IMG/VR virus record: IMGVR_UViG_3300025154_000082
Span: 4,296-68,295 of that record
Source: a virus
Length of the DNA: 64,000 nucleotides
Direction: 5' to 3' (one strand)
Shown: one piece after another, positions 47,504 to 57,644 of the stretch
Numbering within the stretch: position 1 is the first letter of the stretch
How the letters are laid out: every line of letters begins with the position of its first letter
Position numbers and translations under genes: made by a program
The notes under the pieces: generated by a model
Told to the model about the DNA's origin: nothing
The model's input: only the letters and a program-made list of their open reading frames with translations
Database searches by the model: none

Positions 47504-48637
47504 TTAAGCACTTAATAATCTCATACCTTCATTCCTAATATTGATTGCTGCATTCACATCTCTATTATGATATGAATTACACTCTGGACAATCCCATTCT
47601 CTAATAGATAAATCTTTTACTTCAATGTTTTTATAACCACAAACATTACATAATTGAGAAGAAGGAAAAAATCTATCTACTTTCTGAACAATCCTATCAT
47701 GCCATAATGATTTATATTGTATTATTCTAACAAACTCACTCCAAGATACATCATTAATTGCTTTTGCCAATTTATGATTCTTAACCATATTTTTAACAGA
47801 CAAATCTTCTAAGCAAATTATTTGGTTTTCTTTAATAAGCCTAGTTGATAATTTTTGTAAAAAGTCATTTCTTTGATTAGTAATCTTTTCATGAACTATG
47901 TTGAGTTTAATTCTCGCTTTATTCCGATTTTTGCTACCTTTTTTCTTCTTAGAAAGTTTTCTTTGTGTCTTTTTTAATTTATCTTCAAGTTTAGATAAAT
48001 ATTTTGGATTGTCAATAATTTCACCTTCTGACGTAATCGCAAATTCTTTTAATCCTAAATCTATTCCCACAATGTTTTTATTGTTCTCGAATTCTACAAC
48101 ATCTACTTCAGTACAACATATAGATACAAAATATTTACCAGAACAAGTCTTAGTAATAGTGCAATTCAATATTCTCCCTTGTATTTCTCTTGATTTAGCA
48201 AATTTAACCAATCCAAGCTTAGGCAATTTAATTAAATTACCTTCAATTCTAATATTGTTGTTAGTTAAGGTAGTTCTATAACTACACTCATGATTATGTT
48301 TAGATTTAAACTTAGGAAATCCCTGATCTTTATTACCATTCTTAATTTCTCTAAAGAAATTTTGATATGCTCTGTCTAAATCTTTTAAAGAATTCTGTAA
48401 AGCAAATTTATCTATTTCCTTTAACCATTCTTTTTCTTTTTTAAGAATAGTTAAATCCGCAGAACAAGCATTATAATTCATAGATTTTTGTTCTGTTTTA
48501 TATAGTTCAATTCTTTTAGCTAAATAGTTATTATAAACAAATCTGCAAGATCCAAATGTTTTTGCTAATTGTATTTTCTGATTTTCATCAGGACATAATC
48601 TAAACTTAAATGCTTTTTCTGTCATAAATAAATTCAT
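47504..48637 (-). CDS. tnpB: TnpB (OrfB) RNA-guided nuclease-family transposon protein
   Basis: 377 aa; N-terminal MTEKAFKFRLCPDENQ, RuvC-like blocks, C-terminal zinc ribbon CNVCGYK...CPECNSYHNRDVNAAINI. Confidence 0.8.
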   Translation of the reverse strand: MNLFMTEKAFKFRLCPDENQKIQLAKTFGSCRFVYNNYLAKRIELYKTEQKSMNYNACSADLTILKKEKEWLKEIDKFALQNSLKDLDRAYQNFFREIKNGNKDQGFPKFKSKHNHECSYRTTLTNNNIRIEGNLIKLPKLGLVKFAKSREIQGRILNCTITKTCSGKYFVSICCTEVDVVEFENNKNIVGIDLGLKEFAITSEGEIIDNPKYLSKLEDKLKKTQRKLSKKKKGSKNRNKARIKLNIVHEKITNQRNDFLQKLSTRLIKENQIICLEDLSVKNMVKNHKLAKAINDVSWSEFVRIIQYKSLWHDRIVQKVDRFFPSSQLCNVCGYKNIEVKDLSIREWDCPECNSYHNRDVNAAINIRNEGMRLLSA

Positions 48638-49184
48638 CTACCTTTCTTTTTGAGTATTGATATAGCTCTCAATTTGTTATTCTTCTTTAATTCAGGATGA
48701 TGCTGAAACATTCTTATCAATTTCCATAACTGCAAGATTAAACATAGATACTGCGTTTTCTACAACCCCTATTGCCTTTTGAATCATCATAGAAGGTGTT
48801 AATTGCTTTTTCTTAAACATATCAATCTCCCCTTTTAATTTTATATTTAATTTAATAATATAACTTATGTATTTTTATATCTAATAATTAACTCATTAAT
48901 TTCTTGTTCCTCAGATTCACTTAATTTTTCACAGCATAAAACACATGACTTTAAAAATGCTAGTGCTTGAATAACTTCATTTTTCATTTTATCACCACCT
49001 TTCAATTTAATCATTCAATTACCTATATATTTTCTAGCTTCTCTAATTGTTTCACTTTCTTTTTCAAAAGAATAATTTGAACCAGTTTGTTCGCTTTTGA
49101 TATCCATTAATAATTTAAGACAATGGATTAAAAGTTTAACGATTAACTTATTTGTATTCATAACAATTCTCCTTCAATCAAGAA

Positions 49185-49418
49185 TTAATATAATTTATCA
49201 GACAACACTTTCACAATATTATAAATGTCATCAATTTCACTTAGTCCTTTAATACTTTCTAATCCTTCTTTAATAATATTTACACCATTTTCTATTGAAT
49301 CAAGCATATTATCAACGTCATCTTTTGAAACGAACAATTCTTTAAGAGTAAAACCAAAATCATTATCTTTTAATTCTTCTAAGGTATATGTATTAAATTC
49401 TTTTCTTAATGAACTCAA
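49185..49418 (-). CDS. hypothetical protein
   Basis: 77-aa ORF. Confidence 0.3.
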   Translation of the reverse strand: MSSLRKEFNTYTLEELKDNDFGFTLKELFVSKDDVDNMLDSIENGVNIIKEGLESIKGLSEIDDIYNIVKVLSDKLY

Positions 49419-49450
49419 TTTATTTACCTCCTTTCTTAGAACAATTAAAT

Positions 49451-49849
49451 TTACTTTACTGCATTTTTAACAGCGTTTGACAAATCTTGTAAAGCGTAAT
49501 ATTGAGGATTGATCAAATGTTTTATTCCATTTGTTAGTTCTGACATTCCGAATATTAAAAATATAATAATACTAACTACTATGACCGCAATACTAATTAC
49601 CATAGCAATAATATATTCTTCTTCATCGTAATCATCTTTTTCTTTTAGTTTCTTTGCATATTTTAAGATTTTAAAACTAACTATTCCACATCCTACAATA
49701 AATATAAGGAATAACACTGATGCCCAAATTAATGATGATATTCCATCTACATAAGATTGTTGCATATAAATTTTAAATACCTCTTGTCCCGTAGAACTTA
49801 CTTGTTCATCCAATTTACTAAGAAAATCTAATATCAATTTTGTATCCAT
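49451..49849 (-). CDS. membrane protein (two TM helices)
   Basis: 132 aa; ASVLFLIFIVGCGIVSF and IIAMVISIAVIVVSIIIFLIFG. Confidence 0.35.
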   Translation of the reverse strand: MDTKLILDFLSKLDEQVSSTGQEVFKIYMQQSYVDGISSLIWASVLFLIFIVGCGIVSFKILKYAKKLKEKDDYDEEEYIIAMVISIAVIVVSIIIFLIFGMSELTNGIKHLINPQYYALQDLSNAVKNAVK

Positions 49850-49907
49850 TTTATTTCTCTCCTTTTATATTCTATTCATTATCCATTAAAAACTACATTT
49901 TAAATAC

Positions 49908-50336
49908 TCAATTTATATCTATTTGTTCAAATTCTTTCTGTAACTCTTCAATTTTCTTTGATAGCTCAATTATTAATGCATTATGGATTATATCTTTATA
50001 AAAATCTCTTTCATTAACTCCTAAGCTATCAAAAATTTCTTTAGAAGTAATATTTAAGGAATTGTAACCGTACTCTTCTTTATAGTCATAACTTGGGCAT
50101 CCATCCTGTTGTTGAGATAATTTAAAACCAAAATCTTTTACATCATAATTATTTTTAGTATAAACATATTGGTCACTATCTTCTCCAAAGTCTTTAAATG
50201 GATTATCTCTCCTATATTCGCAATTAGACATATACTCCAATTTATTAACAAACTCTTGCAATTCCTTTATTCTTTTATTTAATTCTAGCAACCTATGTAA
50301 CTTCCATTCATTTTTAGTGAATAATTCTCTATCCAT
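49908..50336 (-). CDS. hypothetical protein
   Basis: 142-aa ORF. Confidence 0.35.
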   Translation of the reverse strand: MDRELFTKNEWKLHRLLELNKRIKELQEFVNKLEYMSNCEYRRDNPFKDFGEDSDQYVYTKNNYDVKDFGFKLSQQQDGCPSYDYKEEYGYNSLNITSKEIFDSLGVNERDFYKDIIHNALIIELSKKIEELQKEFEQIDIN

Positions 50337-50731
50337 TAATCACATCCTCCACAATCACAGCTCCCTGAGTCATAACTACCACCAGAATCATATGAACTAT
50401 GAGAATCATGTGAACTGCTATGAGAATTACTTCCATAGTCATGATATACAGGATAAAAATCATCATCATATGTATTGTGACTATGAATAGCGTTTGAAGT
50501 TTTTGAAGGTATTTTTGTTTTCTTTGTAGTTGATGAAGTAATTGGTGTAGTTTTAACATCTGTATTAACTTTAGCAAACTTAATTCTTTCATGCGCTGGT
50601 CTGGTATATGGAATGATAATCTCATTTTCTGATTTCTTACTTTTAGTATTTTTGGAGTTAATTATATAATATCCTATTCCTAAACCACCTAGAGCAACAA
50701 AACCAGTAATTACACCTATAGACATTGACAT
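50336..50731 (-). CDS. membrane-anchored protein with Ser/His/Asp-rich low-complexity tail ending CDCGGCD
   Basis: N-terminal TM IGVITGFVALGGLGIGYYII; C-terminal SNSHSSSHDSHSSYDSGGSYDSGSCDCGGCD. Confidence 0.35.
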   Translation of the reverse strand: MSMSIGVITGFVALGGLGIGYYIINSKNTKSKKSENEIIIPYTRPAHERIKFAKVNTDVKTTPITSSTTKKTKIPSKTSNAIHSHNTYDDDFYPVYHDYGSNSHSSSHDSHSSYDSGGSYDSGSCDCGGCD

Positions 50732-50749
50732 AAATTTTACACTCCTTTT

Positions 50750-50986
50750 TTATTCAATCTCTTTTAATACTTCTTTAGCATTACAATATGGACATAATTC
50801 TGTAGGATCATCAAAATACATATTCTTGCACTGACAAGCATTATCAACTAATTGAATGTACATATCTAACAAATATTCTAACGCATCTTTTAAATTGTCT
50901 TTATCAATAATTAGTTTGCCTAATTTCTTTGTAGTTTCATTTCTTAGACTATCCAATTCATCACACATAGTTTTGCTCCTTTTCAC
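50750..50986 (-). CDS. hypothetical Cys-containing protein
   Basis: 78-aa ORF, CQC...CPYC. Confidence 0.3.
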   Translation of the reverse strand: MKRSKTMCDELDSLRNETTKKLGKLIIDKDNLKDALEYLLDMYIQLVDNACQCKNMYFDDPTELCPYCNAKEVLKEIE

Positions 50987-50994
50987 TTAAATTC

Positions 50995-51333
50995 TTAATT
51001 TGAAGCTAAAATATTCCACTTATTTAAAGCATTTATTAATATCATCATTTGTCCACGAATTAAATTTTCTAAATGTTCTTCACTGTAAACTTCATCCATC
51101 TCACTATTAAATATAGTGTGTTCTAAAAACCCAATCCAATCAACATATCCAGTTGAACTATATGTAAAACATATTCCTTCATTTTCAAATAGTTTATCGG
51201 ATTCCAACATCTCTTCGTTTAGTTTTTCTATTACTCTTAAATAGTTTTCTGGTTTAAGCAATAATTTCCCTCCTTTCCAATTTGTATAGATATTACAAAT
51301 CCTTCGCCTTAACATTGTCCCTAATAATATCAA
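50995..51333 (-). CDS. hypothetical protein
   Basis: 112-aa ORF. Confidence 0.3.
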   Translation of the reverse strand: MILLGTMLRRRICNIYTNWKGGKLLLKPENYLRVIEKLNEEMLESDKLFENEGICFTYSSTGYVDWIGFLEHTIFNSEMDEVYSEEHLENLIRGQMMILINALNKWNILASN

Positions 51334-51547
51334 TCATCTCAAACATAAGTTCTTTTAATTTCTTCTGCACTTCCTTGTCTAATGTCTGGATGCAAGGATG
51401 AGTCTTAAATGTACATGAGTCCTTTAGTAGTCCCTGCTCAATCATTGTTTTATTGATTGTTACCATAATTAAAGGAATATGTTTGTTGAAGTTTATGATT
51501 TTACTAATAAATTTCTTTAGCATTTTATCTCCTTTCTTAATAATCAT
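51293..51547 (-). CDS. hypothetical protein
   Basis: 84-aa ORF. Confidence 0.3.
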   Translation of the reverse strand: MIIKKGDKMLKKFISKIINFNKHIPLIMVTINKTMIEQGLLKDSCTFKTHPCIQTLDKEVQKKLKELMFEMIDIIRDNVKAKDL

Positions 51548-51742
51548 TTAATTGCTAATGTGGTCTAAAATTATATGATCCTATGTATTCCCAACCTTTT
51601 TCCTCTGTCCGTATCAAAAAATATATTTCTGATCCAGAAGACAATACATCAAACACTTGATAGAATGGTTTTGAGTAATAAGTATCTGGTAGCCCTTCAA
51701 CATTAAACATTTAAAATTTCACCTCCCTATAGAAGAGTAACT

Positions 51743-51937
51743 TCATTCTGTAACTGGACACCATTCTGGAACATTGCATTCTTTTCTAATATTATAAGGT
51801 CTGCATGCACAAGTAATTATTTTATTATTTATATTACACACAACTTTCATGTCATCATCACAAAACCAGTCATGAGGATCTGGGTCTGGTAAAACTCTAT
51901 GAGCCAAACAATCAATGCAATTTTTAATATTTTTCAT
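51743..51937 (-). CDS. Cys-rich small protein
   Basis: 64 aa with 9 Cys. Confidence 0.3.
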   Translation of the reverse strand: MKNIKNCIDCLAHRVLPDPDPHDWFCDDDMKVVCNINNKIITCACRPYNIRKECNVPEWCPVTE

Positions 51938-51992
51938 TATTTATCTCCTTTCGATACCATAAAAGAAATATTTTAAAGCATATAATTTATAT

Positions 51993-52286
51993 TTAACTCT
52001 TCTTTTTAGTTGTAGCAGTCTTGGATTTAACAGTAGGTGATTTTGTACCAACAGGTGGTTTTATCACGTTAGAACTGCCTGTAGATGTCTTAGGTTTGAC
52101 TTTCTTGTGTTTGCTTTCACCCAAATCATCAAGATCCAAAACCTCATCTTCGAACCAACTCATTTCTTCATCATCGTCATCTTGTTGTGATTGCTGTATT
52201 TGAGGTTGTTGAACTTTATTAGATTTTGCCCCACAACCTGATAATATAAGGATTGGAATGATTGATGTGATAAGTAGTTTTTTCAC
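51993..52286 (-). CDS. lipoprotein
   Basis: GTG start; signal + lipobox MKKLLITSIIPILILSGC; Gln/Asp-rich and Lys/Thr-rich regions. Confidence 0.5.
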   Translation of the reverse strand: MKKLLITSIIPILILSGCGAKSNKVQQPQIQQSQQDDDDEEMSWFEDEVLDLDDLGESKHKKVKPKTSTGSSNVIKPPVGTKSPTVKSKTATTKKKS

Positions 52287-52333
52287 TTATGCATCTCTCC
52301 TTTGTTTTTATTTTCGTTTTGTCCTATGTATAG

Positions 52334-52362
52334 ATTATACATTATTTGATTATATATGTCAA
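52334..52362 (-). promoter_or_regulatory. consensus sigma-A promoter (TTGACA-17-TATAAT) for lipoprotein gene
   Basis: minus-strand TTGACA 52357-52362, TATAAT 52334-52339, RBS aaggag ~9 nt before GTG. Confidence 0.5.
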
Positions 52363-52373
52363 TATTTTATTTC

Positions 52374-53654
52374 TTACTTTACACTTATTCCTTCAATAGT
52401 TTTACTTAATATTTCTTCAATTCTATCAAATTCATAATACCAAATCTCAAGAAAATTATACTCTTTTTCTAAAGCGTATTCTTTCTTTCGTCTGTCATGT
52501 TCGACTTGTTTTTCAAAGTCTTTAATTGATTTATGTATTCCTTTTACAAATCTTTCATGCATTTCACCTTGATATTCTATAAGTAAATTATATTGAGATA
52601 AATAAAAATCATAAGATAATAAACATCCACCTAGACCAATTAGTCCTTCAAATGTTTTTTGTGGTATGTAATTTATTTCTTTGTCGAATAATTTCTTGCC
52701 AACTTCAATTTCACCTATTGAACATTGACATTCTGGACATCTAAAATCACGCGAATTAGAACCATCAATGTTTCTCTTATAGTCTTTATGTTTACCGTCT
52801 TTACATTTCCACCAAACTTCTTTACCACTACGAGGAGCATATTCGTATGGAGATTTTTTATTTTTATTAGACCATAAATTTAAAACTTCAGGATGTATAA
52901 TACCTAAACTATCTAATTTATGCAGTATATGATTATTATTACAGTATGAACATCTTCTATCATTATAAAAATTACATGGTGACACATCATAACTCCCATG
53001 GTGTTCTTTATCTTGGCATTTAATCCATACTTTATTTCTTGCACATTTATCAATCTTCCAAGGATTAACAGTGTTTTTATCATGATCCCAATACTTTTCT
53101 AAAAAATCTTCTCCTAGATTATCTACTCCCCATTGTGCAAACGAATTACATTGTTTGCATTTTATAGATCCTTCCTGTCCACCAGTAAAAGCATTAATAT
53201 TCTTTAATTCACTATTATGTAAACTTCTTGGGCATTTAAAATAATGTTTTTTATTTGTAGCAAAACCTATTTCATTTGGGTTCTTTTTATTTAACTCATA
53301 GTCCCATCTGTCAAGAATGTCTTGTCGATTATTTTCAATACACCATTGTTCAAAAGATTTGCCATTCTTTAATTTTGATATTCTAAATCTTTCCTGACCG
53401 CATTTTAGACAATAATATTTTCCATCTTCCTTCATTATTCTTTTATAACTATGCCATATTACAGGTTTGGTAATTGGAGTAGTACATTCTTTGCAATCAC
53501 ATTTGACGTTTACTTCCACAGGACTACCATCTGTCAAATCTTCCACTTTAACTTCAAATTCGTCACCCATCTTAGTATAAACATAACCCTTACTTTTATA
53601 CCACTTTATATTGTTTGAATTCCACCTAATAATAACATTTTTAGTTAATAACAT
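52374..53654 (-). CDS. zinc-ribbon-repeat + C-terminal DUF559/Vsr-like PD-(D/E)xK endonuclease
   Basis: three W-D-x-x-N...KC..H...C..C ribbon repeats; C-terminus SYDFYLSQYNLLIEYQGEMHERF...DRRKKEYALEKEYNFLEIWYYEF matches DUF559 pattern DFYLP..LaIEvDG..H; N-terminus paralogous to 5929..7434. Confidence 0.5.
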   Translation of the reverse strand: MLLTKNVIIRWNSNNIKWYKSKGYVYTKMGDEFEVKVEDLTDGSPVEVNVKCDCKECTTPITKPVIWHSYKRIMKEDGKYYCLKCGQERFRISKLKNGKSFEQWCIENNRQDILDRWDYELNKKNPNEIGFATNKKHYFKCPRSLHNSELKNINAFTGGQEGSIKCKQCNSFAQWGVDNLGEDFLEKYWDHDKNTVNPWKIDKCARNKVWIKCQDKEHHGSYDVSPCNFYNDRRCSYCNNNHILHKLDSLGIIHPEVLNLWSNKNKKSPYEYAPRSGKEVWWKCKDGKHKDYKRNIDGSNSRDFRCPECQCSIGEIEVGKKLFDKEINYIPQKTFEGLIGLGGCLLSYDFYLSQYNLLIEYQGEMHERFVKGIHKSIKDFEKQVEHDRRKKEYALEKEYNFLEIWYYEFDRIEEILSKTIEGISVK

Positions 53655-53683
53655 TACATCACTCCTTTTCTGTGCAGTATAAA

Positions 53684-56254
53684 TTATTTAATCATACTAT
53701 CGTTAATTTTATTTCCCAATTTACTAGCAGTTCTGATACTATCATCATCTTCCAAATTAACATCAAACTGTCCGACAATTGCTTTACTTTCTGCCATTTT
53801 ACGCTGATAACGCTTGATAATCCCATTCTCACATGAATTGTCGTAATAGAAATGAAAAATTCTGTTTTCTTCTGTGCTATTAGCCCTATAACCTCTTCTA
53901 TTTGACTGACTAACAACATTTACATGATAACTGGGCATATAATTCAAAAACGTCTGCAAAAATACAAGATTTAATCCTACTTGAACTAACATAGGGTTAG
54001 TTATCAATACTTGAAAATCATTTTTCTTTTTCTCAAGTAATTCCTTTCTTTCGTATGTAGGAATAGAAGGCTTCAGAGTAAAAAACTTAATATTATTTTT
54101 TGATAATAAAGATTCAATTCTTTTAGCAATAGTATCTCCCATCATATATTCCCCACCACCATTGAAATCAACATATATACAGCATTTTCTTCCTTCAAAA
54201 ATTTCTAGCAAAACTCTATCTAATATTGCTTGTTCTTTTGGTAAAATACAATTAGTAATACATTTTGGTTGAACTTCAGTATAACTTTCTTCTCCTCTAT
54301 TAATAGGAATACTACTCCAATTAAATGGATTGTTAACATAGTGTTTTAATATACTATCTTCGTACATTTTTGCATTAAAGGCATTAGCCGATTTAATATC
54401 ACTCCACAGATTGCGTTCTAAGCGTTCCATTTCGTCACTTTGACATATTGGTATGTAATACTCATTTAAGTCTGGCAAATCCTTTCCTAGATCGTCCAGA
54501 GTAGCAAATATGTAATTCTCTACTAAATATTTACTGAACACAATAGGGTTTATCCCTTCGATTTCTTTGAACTCGCTATCCTTTATTTCACTTCTACCAG
54601 AACGATAGTATTCTCCATCTTTCTTTTTGCTTACCGCCATTAATGTCCCATACGTCTTAATAAATTTCTCTATTTCCATTACATCATTTTCCTTTAGTTT
54701 ATTAGGTAACAATCCTAATAATAAATTAAATAAACTCGAACTATAACCATTATTACTGGTTCCTGAGTTTAATATTATTTTCTTAGCATAATTAAACAAT
54801 GTCCTAGTAGCATTCCCAATAATTGTCTGTCCGTTGCTCTCGTGAATTTCATCGCAAATCACACTGTCAAAATGAATATTCTTAGTTTTAATAAATCTAA
54901 TTAAACTACTTTTCTTTGTCTTATCGTATGTACTCTGCCATAATACAGCATCACAATTCGAACATTTATAATTTGATTTCTTAGGATTACCTTCAAAATC
55001 TTTCTGGGTGAAAAATACATCTTCCTTTTTTCTTAATTCATTTTGTAAAGGTCTTCCACAGTCTGGACAACAAGCGATAGTTATTTTCTCTTTAACATCT
55101 TTAATTTGTGAATAACTATAGTATCCACCACTCTGTACTTCTTTTTTATGTTTAATTTCCATTGTTCTAATGTTTACACCAGATATTCGTTTTGCATCAA
55201 GTTTAAATGTTTCTTTACCAACTAGAAAATAAGTTGGCTTATTAAATTTTAACCCAGTCATATTATATATTTGAATGAATTCTGATGTTTTCTTAATTAT
55301 ATGGATATCAATTTTATCTCCTACACTATTTTTTATTTCATCTTTCCATTGAGTTAATGTAATTGCTGGAGCCATAATTAATGTAACATAGTTTTGTTTA
55401 TTAGGATATAAATGGCAATGATTAATTTTTGTTGCATTCATTGTTTTTCCAAAACCTTGACTTAAAGCCAAATACACAAATCTGCTTCTTTTTAGGACTT
55501 CTAAAGCAGATTGAATAATAGGAACTTGACCATCAAATGGTTTCATCTTTCCTTCAAACATTTTTTGATTAATATTCTTAGGATCAAATAAAATTCTAAC
55601 ATTTTGTTTCAATCTATCTTTAATAGGATTTAAAAATGCAAGTATATAGTCCTGAATATCGTCAATTTTGCTCCAATCAAAATCTTCCTCATATCCTTCT
55701 AATGTCAAAGCATTTAAACTCTGTTTAAAATAAGTCACATTAATCTTATATACCTTTAAATCAGTATATAAATGATTATTGGTGTAAACTATACATTCGC
55801 TAACACAACCATAATTAGAAGATTTATATTTAGAATTATTAATTTCATCTTTATCCAAAATCATTTTAACAATCTCAGCAGTAACAGGTAAGTAATGAAT
55901 ATTTCTCAAATATTTTGTAAGAATCTTATTCTTATCTTCATTATTCCAATTAATACAATAATCATTTATTTTAGTATTATAAATAATTGTATGAGTTAAA
56001 TCATTATCCATTCTGTCCGACTTATAACGATAACGATTTTCTCTACCATACAATGTTTGTTCAAAGAAGATATCTTCTCTATCTCGTAAAGTAATATGAT
56101 AAGAATGAGAGATTAAATCGGAACATATTTTTCTATTCTTGATGTGTAGGTCGCATAGACTGATTAATATTGGATCTCCATTATCCAGTATAATTAAATC
56201 AGCATTACAATTGATAGTATTTTTATCTGTTGTTCGCAAGTAAGGAATCAACAA
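53684..56254 (-). CDS. SF2 DExH-box helicase (ResIII/SNF2-like) with inserted CxxC...CxxC zinc ribbon
   Basis: TTG start immediately after MTase stop with embedded RBS ggaggtg; motif I LSQGFGKT, II ICDEIHE, VI QSNRRGYRA; CCPDCG...CSNC insert; ~250-aa N-terminal region of unknown function. Confidence 0.65.
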   Translation of the reverse strand: MLIPYLRTTDKNTINCNADLIILDNGDPILISLCDLHIKNRKICSDLISHSYHITLRDREDIFFEQTLYGRENRYRYKSDRMDNDLTHTIIYNTKINDYCINWNNEDKNKILTKYLRNIHYLPVTAEIVKMILDKDEINNSKYKSSNYGCVSECIVYTNNHLYTDLKVYKINVTYFKQSLNALTLEGYEEDFDWSKIDDIQDYILAFLNPIKDRLKQNVRILFDPKNINQKMFEGKMKPFDGQVPIIQSALEVLKRSRFVYLALSQGFGKTMNATKINHCHLYPNKQNYVTLIMAPAITLTQWKDEIKNSVGDKIDIHIIKKTSEFIQIYNMTGLKFNKPTYFLVGKETFKLDAKRISGVNIRTMEIKHKKEVQSGGYYSYSQIKDVKEKITIACCPDCGRPLQNELRKKEDVFFTQKDFEGNPKKSNYKCSNCDAVLWQSTYDKTKKSSLIRFIKTKNIHFDSVICDEIHESNGQTIIGNATRTLFNYAKKIILNSGTSNNGYSSSLFNLLLGLLPNKLKENDVMEIEKFIKTYGTLMAVSKKKDGEYYRSGRSEIKDSEFKEIEGINPIVFSKYLVENYIFATLDDLGKDLPDLNEYYIPICQSDEMERLERNLWSDIKSANAFNAKMYEDSILKHYVNNPFNWSSIPINRGEESYTEVQPKCITNCILPKEQAILDRVLLEIFEGRKCCIYVDFNGGGEYMMGDTIAKRIESLLSKNNIKFFTLKPSIPTYERKELLEKKKNDFQVLITNPMLVQVGLNLVFLQTFLNYMPSYHVNVVSQSNRRGYRANSTEENRIFHFYYDNSCENGIIKRYQRKMAESKAIVGQFDVNLEDDDSIRTASKLGNKINDSMIK

Positions 56255-57583
56255 TTATTCACCTCCTAATTCCTTGATTACTAACTTACCATTATCTGAG
56301 CACAAAATATTCAAATAGGGTAAACTCATCTTAATAATCTTAGTTTCCGTATAACTTTCCCCACTATCATCTTTATATTTACTTACTTCTTTTTTCTCAA
56401 TACTCTTAGTTCCACCAATAGCAACATGTTTACCAGTACCATCTTCTAATGATATTTCTCCATTTATCATTCCAGATGCTAAGAGATTACTAATTTCTCC
56501 TAATTTTAATGGTTTAGGGACTACTAATTTTTCTTCTCCTAAATCTTTTAATTCTGTAATGCCTTTAACCCATTTCCATATTGAATCATTTTTACTGATA
56601 TGAGAAGTTGGAGATTCGATATATTTATTATTTTCTTTTGCTGTATTGTAGTCAATGTATGGATAATTCATTGATTGATATGTGTTGTATTGTGATAATT
56701 TAAATTCTGGTTCAGAGAGAATTATTTCTTTAACTTCATTGTATTGTTTAGTGAAATCCATTGCTTGCATAGTGTTAGAGAGGTCATAAGGAAATCGCTT
56801 TAGGTGAGCTACGAAGACATATTGCTTAAATTTAGCGTATTCTTCTGGATTTGTTTTATAGATTGAATTTTTGAGAATGTCAAAGTTTTTGGATAGAATG
56901 TCTAGAGAATCTAAGAAATCATCTTTTCGAATTATGCAGACGATGTAACCTGTTTTGTAATCTTTTGATGTTGTTGGGTTAAAAATAAGTTGACGGTCAA
57001 GTATCATTTGGAGATACATTTTTACATTACGTGTATTATTTGTCGAACCATAAGGAGGATTATAAAGCATTAAACTCACTATATTTTTCCCTATATTTAA
57101 TTCTTCAAATGACTTATTGTACGAATCATAAATGTTTGGGTTTGATTCAATTTCTTTATGCCGATTTTCTTCGATTTCATTAGCAACAAGAATATAATTA
57201 TTACTTGAATTTTTTCTAGGTAAAAATGAAGCAAAAGCGTCTAAAAATAATCCTTCACCAGCAAACAAATCAGCAACCACAATATCATGATTATTATTAC
57301 TTCCTAATCCATATTCACAATTATTTTTTATCATATCATAATCTTTATTATTTAACCACATGTCGTAGTACACATAATCTATTGGGACTTGGTTATCCAA
57401 GGCTTTTACAGCTAATTCTTGATATATTCCTTCTTTTGTATAATATTCTTTAAGATAGTTTTTCTTCAACCAGTCAATTTCTACTCTGCCAAGAAGTCCT
57501 AATAATCTATGTGCTTCTCCTAAATCTGTAGGATAGTACATGAGTTTTCCTTCAGCAGCTAAACTATTTCCCATATGTATCAA
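56255..57583 (-). CDS. gamma-class N6-adenine (NPPY) DNA methyltransferase
   Basis: motif I VADLFAGEGLFLDAF precedes motif IV LMLYNPPYG; size similar to M.TaqI-type enzymes. Confidence 0.65.
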   Translation of the reverse strand: MIHMGNSLAAEGKLMYYPTDLGEAHRLLGLLGRVEIDWLKKNYLKEYYTKEGIYQELAVKALDNQVPIDYVYYDMWLNNKDYDMIKNNCEYGLGSNNNHDIVVADLFAGEGLFLDAFASFLPRKNSSNNYILVANEIEENRHKEIESNPNIYDSYNKSFEELNIGKNIVSLMLYNPPYGSTNNTRNVKMYLQMILDRQLIFNPTTSKDYKTGYIVCIIRKDDFLDSLDILSKNFDILKNSIYKTNPEEYAKFKQYVFVAHLKRFPYDLSNTMQAMDFTKQYNEVKEIILSEPEFKLSQYNTYQSMNYPYIDYNTAKENNKYIESPTSHISKNDSIWKWVKGITELKDLGEEKLVVPKPLKLGEISNLLASGMINGEISLEDGTGKHVAIGGTKSIEKKEVSKYKDDSGESYTETKIIKMSLPYLNILCSDNGKLVIKELGGE

Positions 57584-57612
57584 CTCGTTTCTTATTTTGT
57601 AATTCTACAATA

Positions 57613-57641
57613 ATTATATCTTATTGTTTAATAAAAGTCAA
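57613..57641 (-). promoter_or_regulatory. consensus-like sigma-A promoter (TTGACT-17-TATAAT) for MTase-helicase-nuclease operon
   Basis: minus-strand TTGACT 57636-57641, TATAAT 57613-57618. Confidence 0.5.
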
Positions 57642-57644
57642 ATA

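Larger units (their letters stand above)
47270..48700 (-). mobile_element. IS200/IS605-family TnpB-only element (IS1341-like), apparently intact
   Basis: full-length tnpB plus conserved noncoding 3' tail shared with degraded copy at 15230-15345. Confidence 0.55.

Noticed and set aside
47270-47515. 81-aa plus-strand ORF in the ORF track
   Set aside because: Lies entirely within the noncoding 3' tail/right end of the TnpB element (candidate omegaRNA region) on the opposite strand. No RBS. Low-complexity translation.
50329-50625. 98-aa minus-strand ORF overlapping 50336..50731 in another frame
   Set aside because: Product is an implausible Met/Ile/His low-complexity string generated by the repetitive Ser/His/Asp-coding DNA. 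The frame with a TM anchor is preferred.
56255-57583. Methyltransferase as a Type III Mod subunit paired with Res
   Set aside because: Motif I (FAGEG) precedes motif IV (NPPY), which is gamma-class order, whereas Type III Mod is beta-class (IV before I). The helicase also lacks a fused C-terminal PD-(D/E)xK domain.
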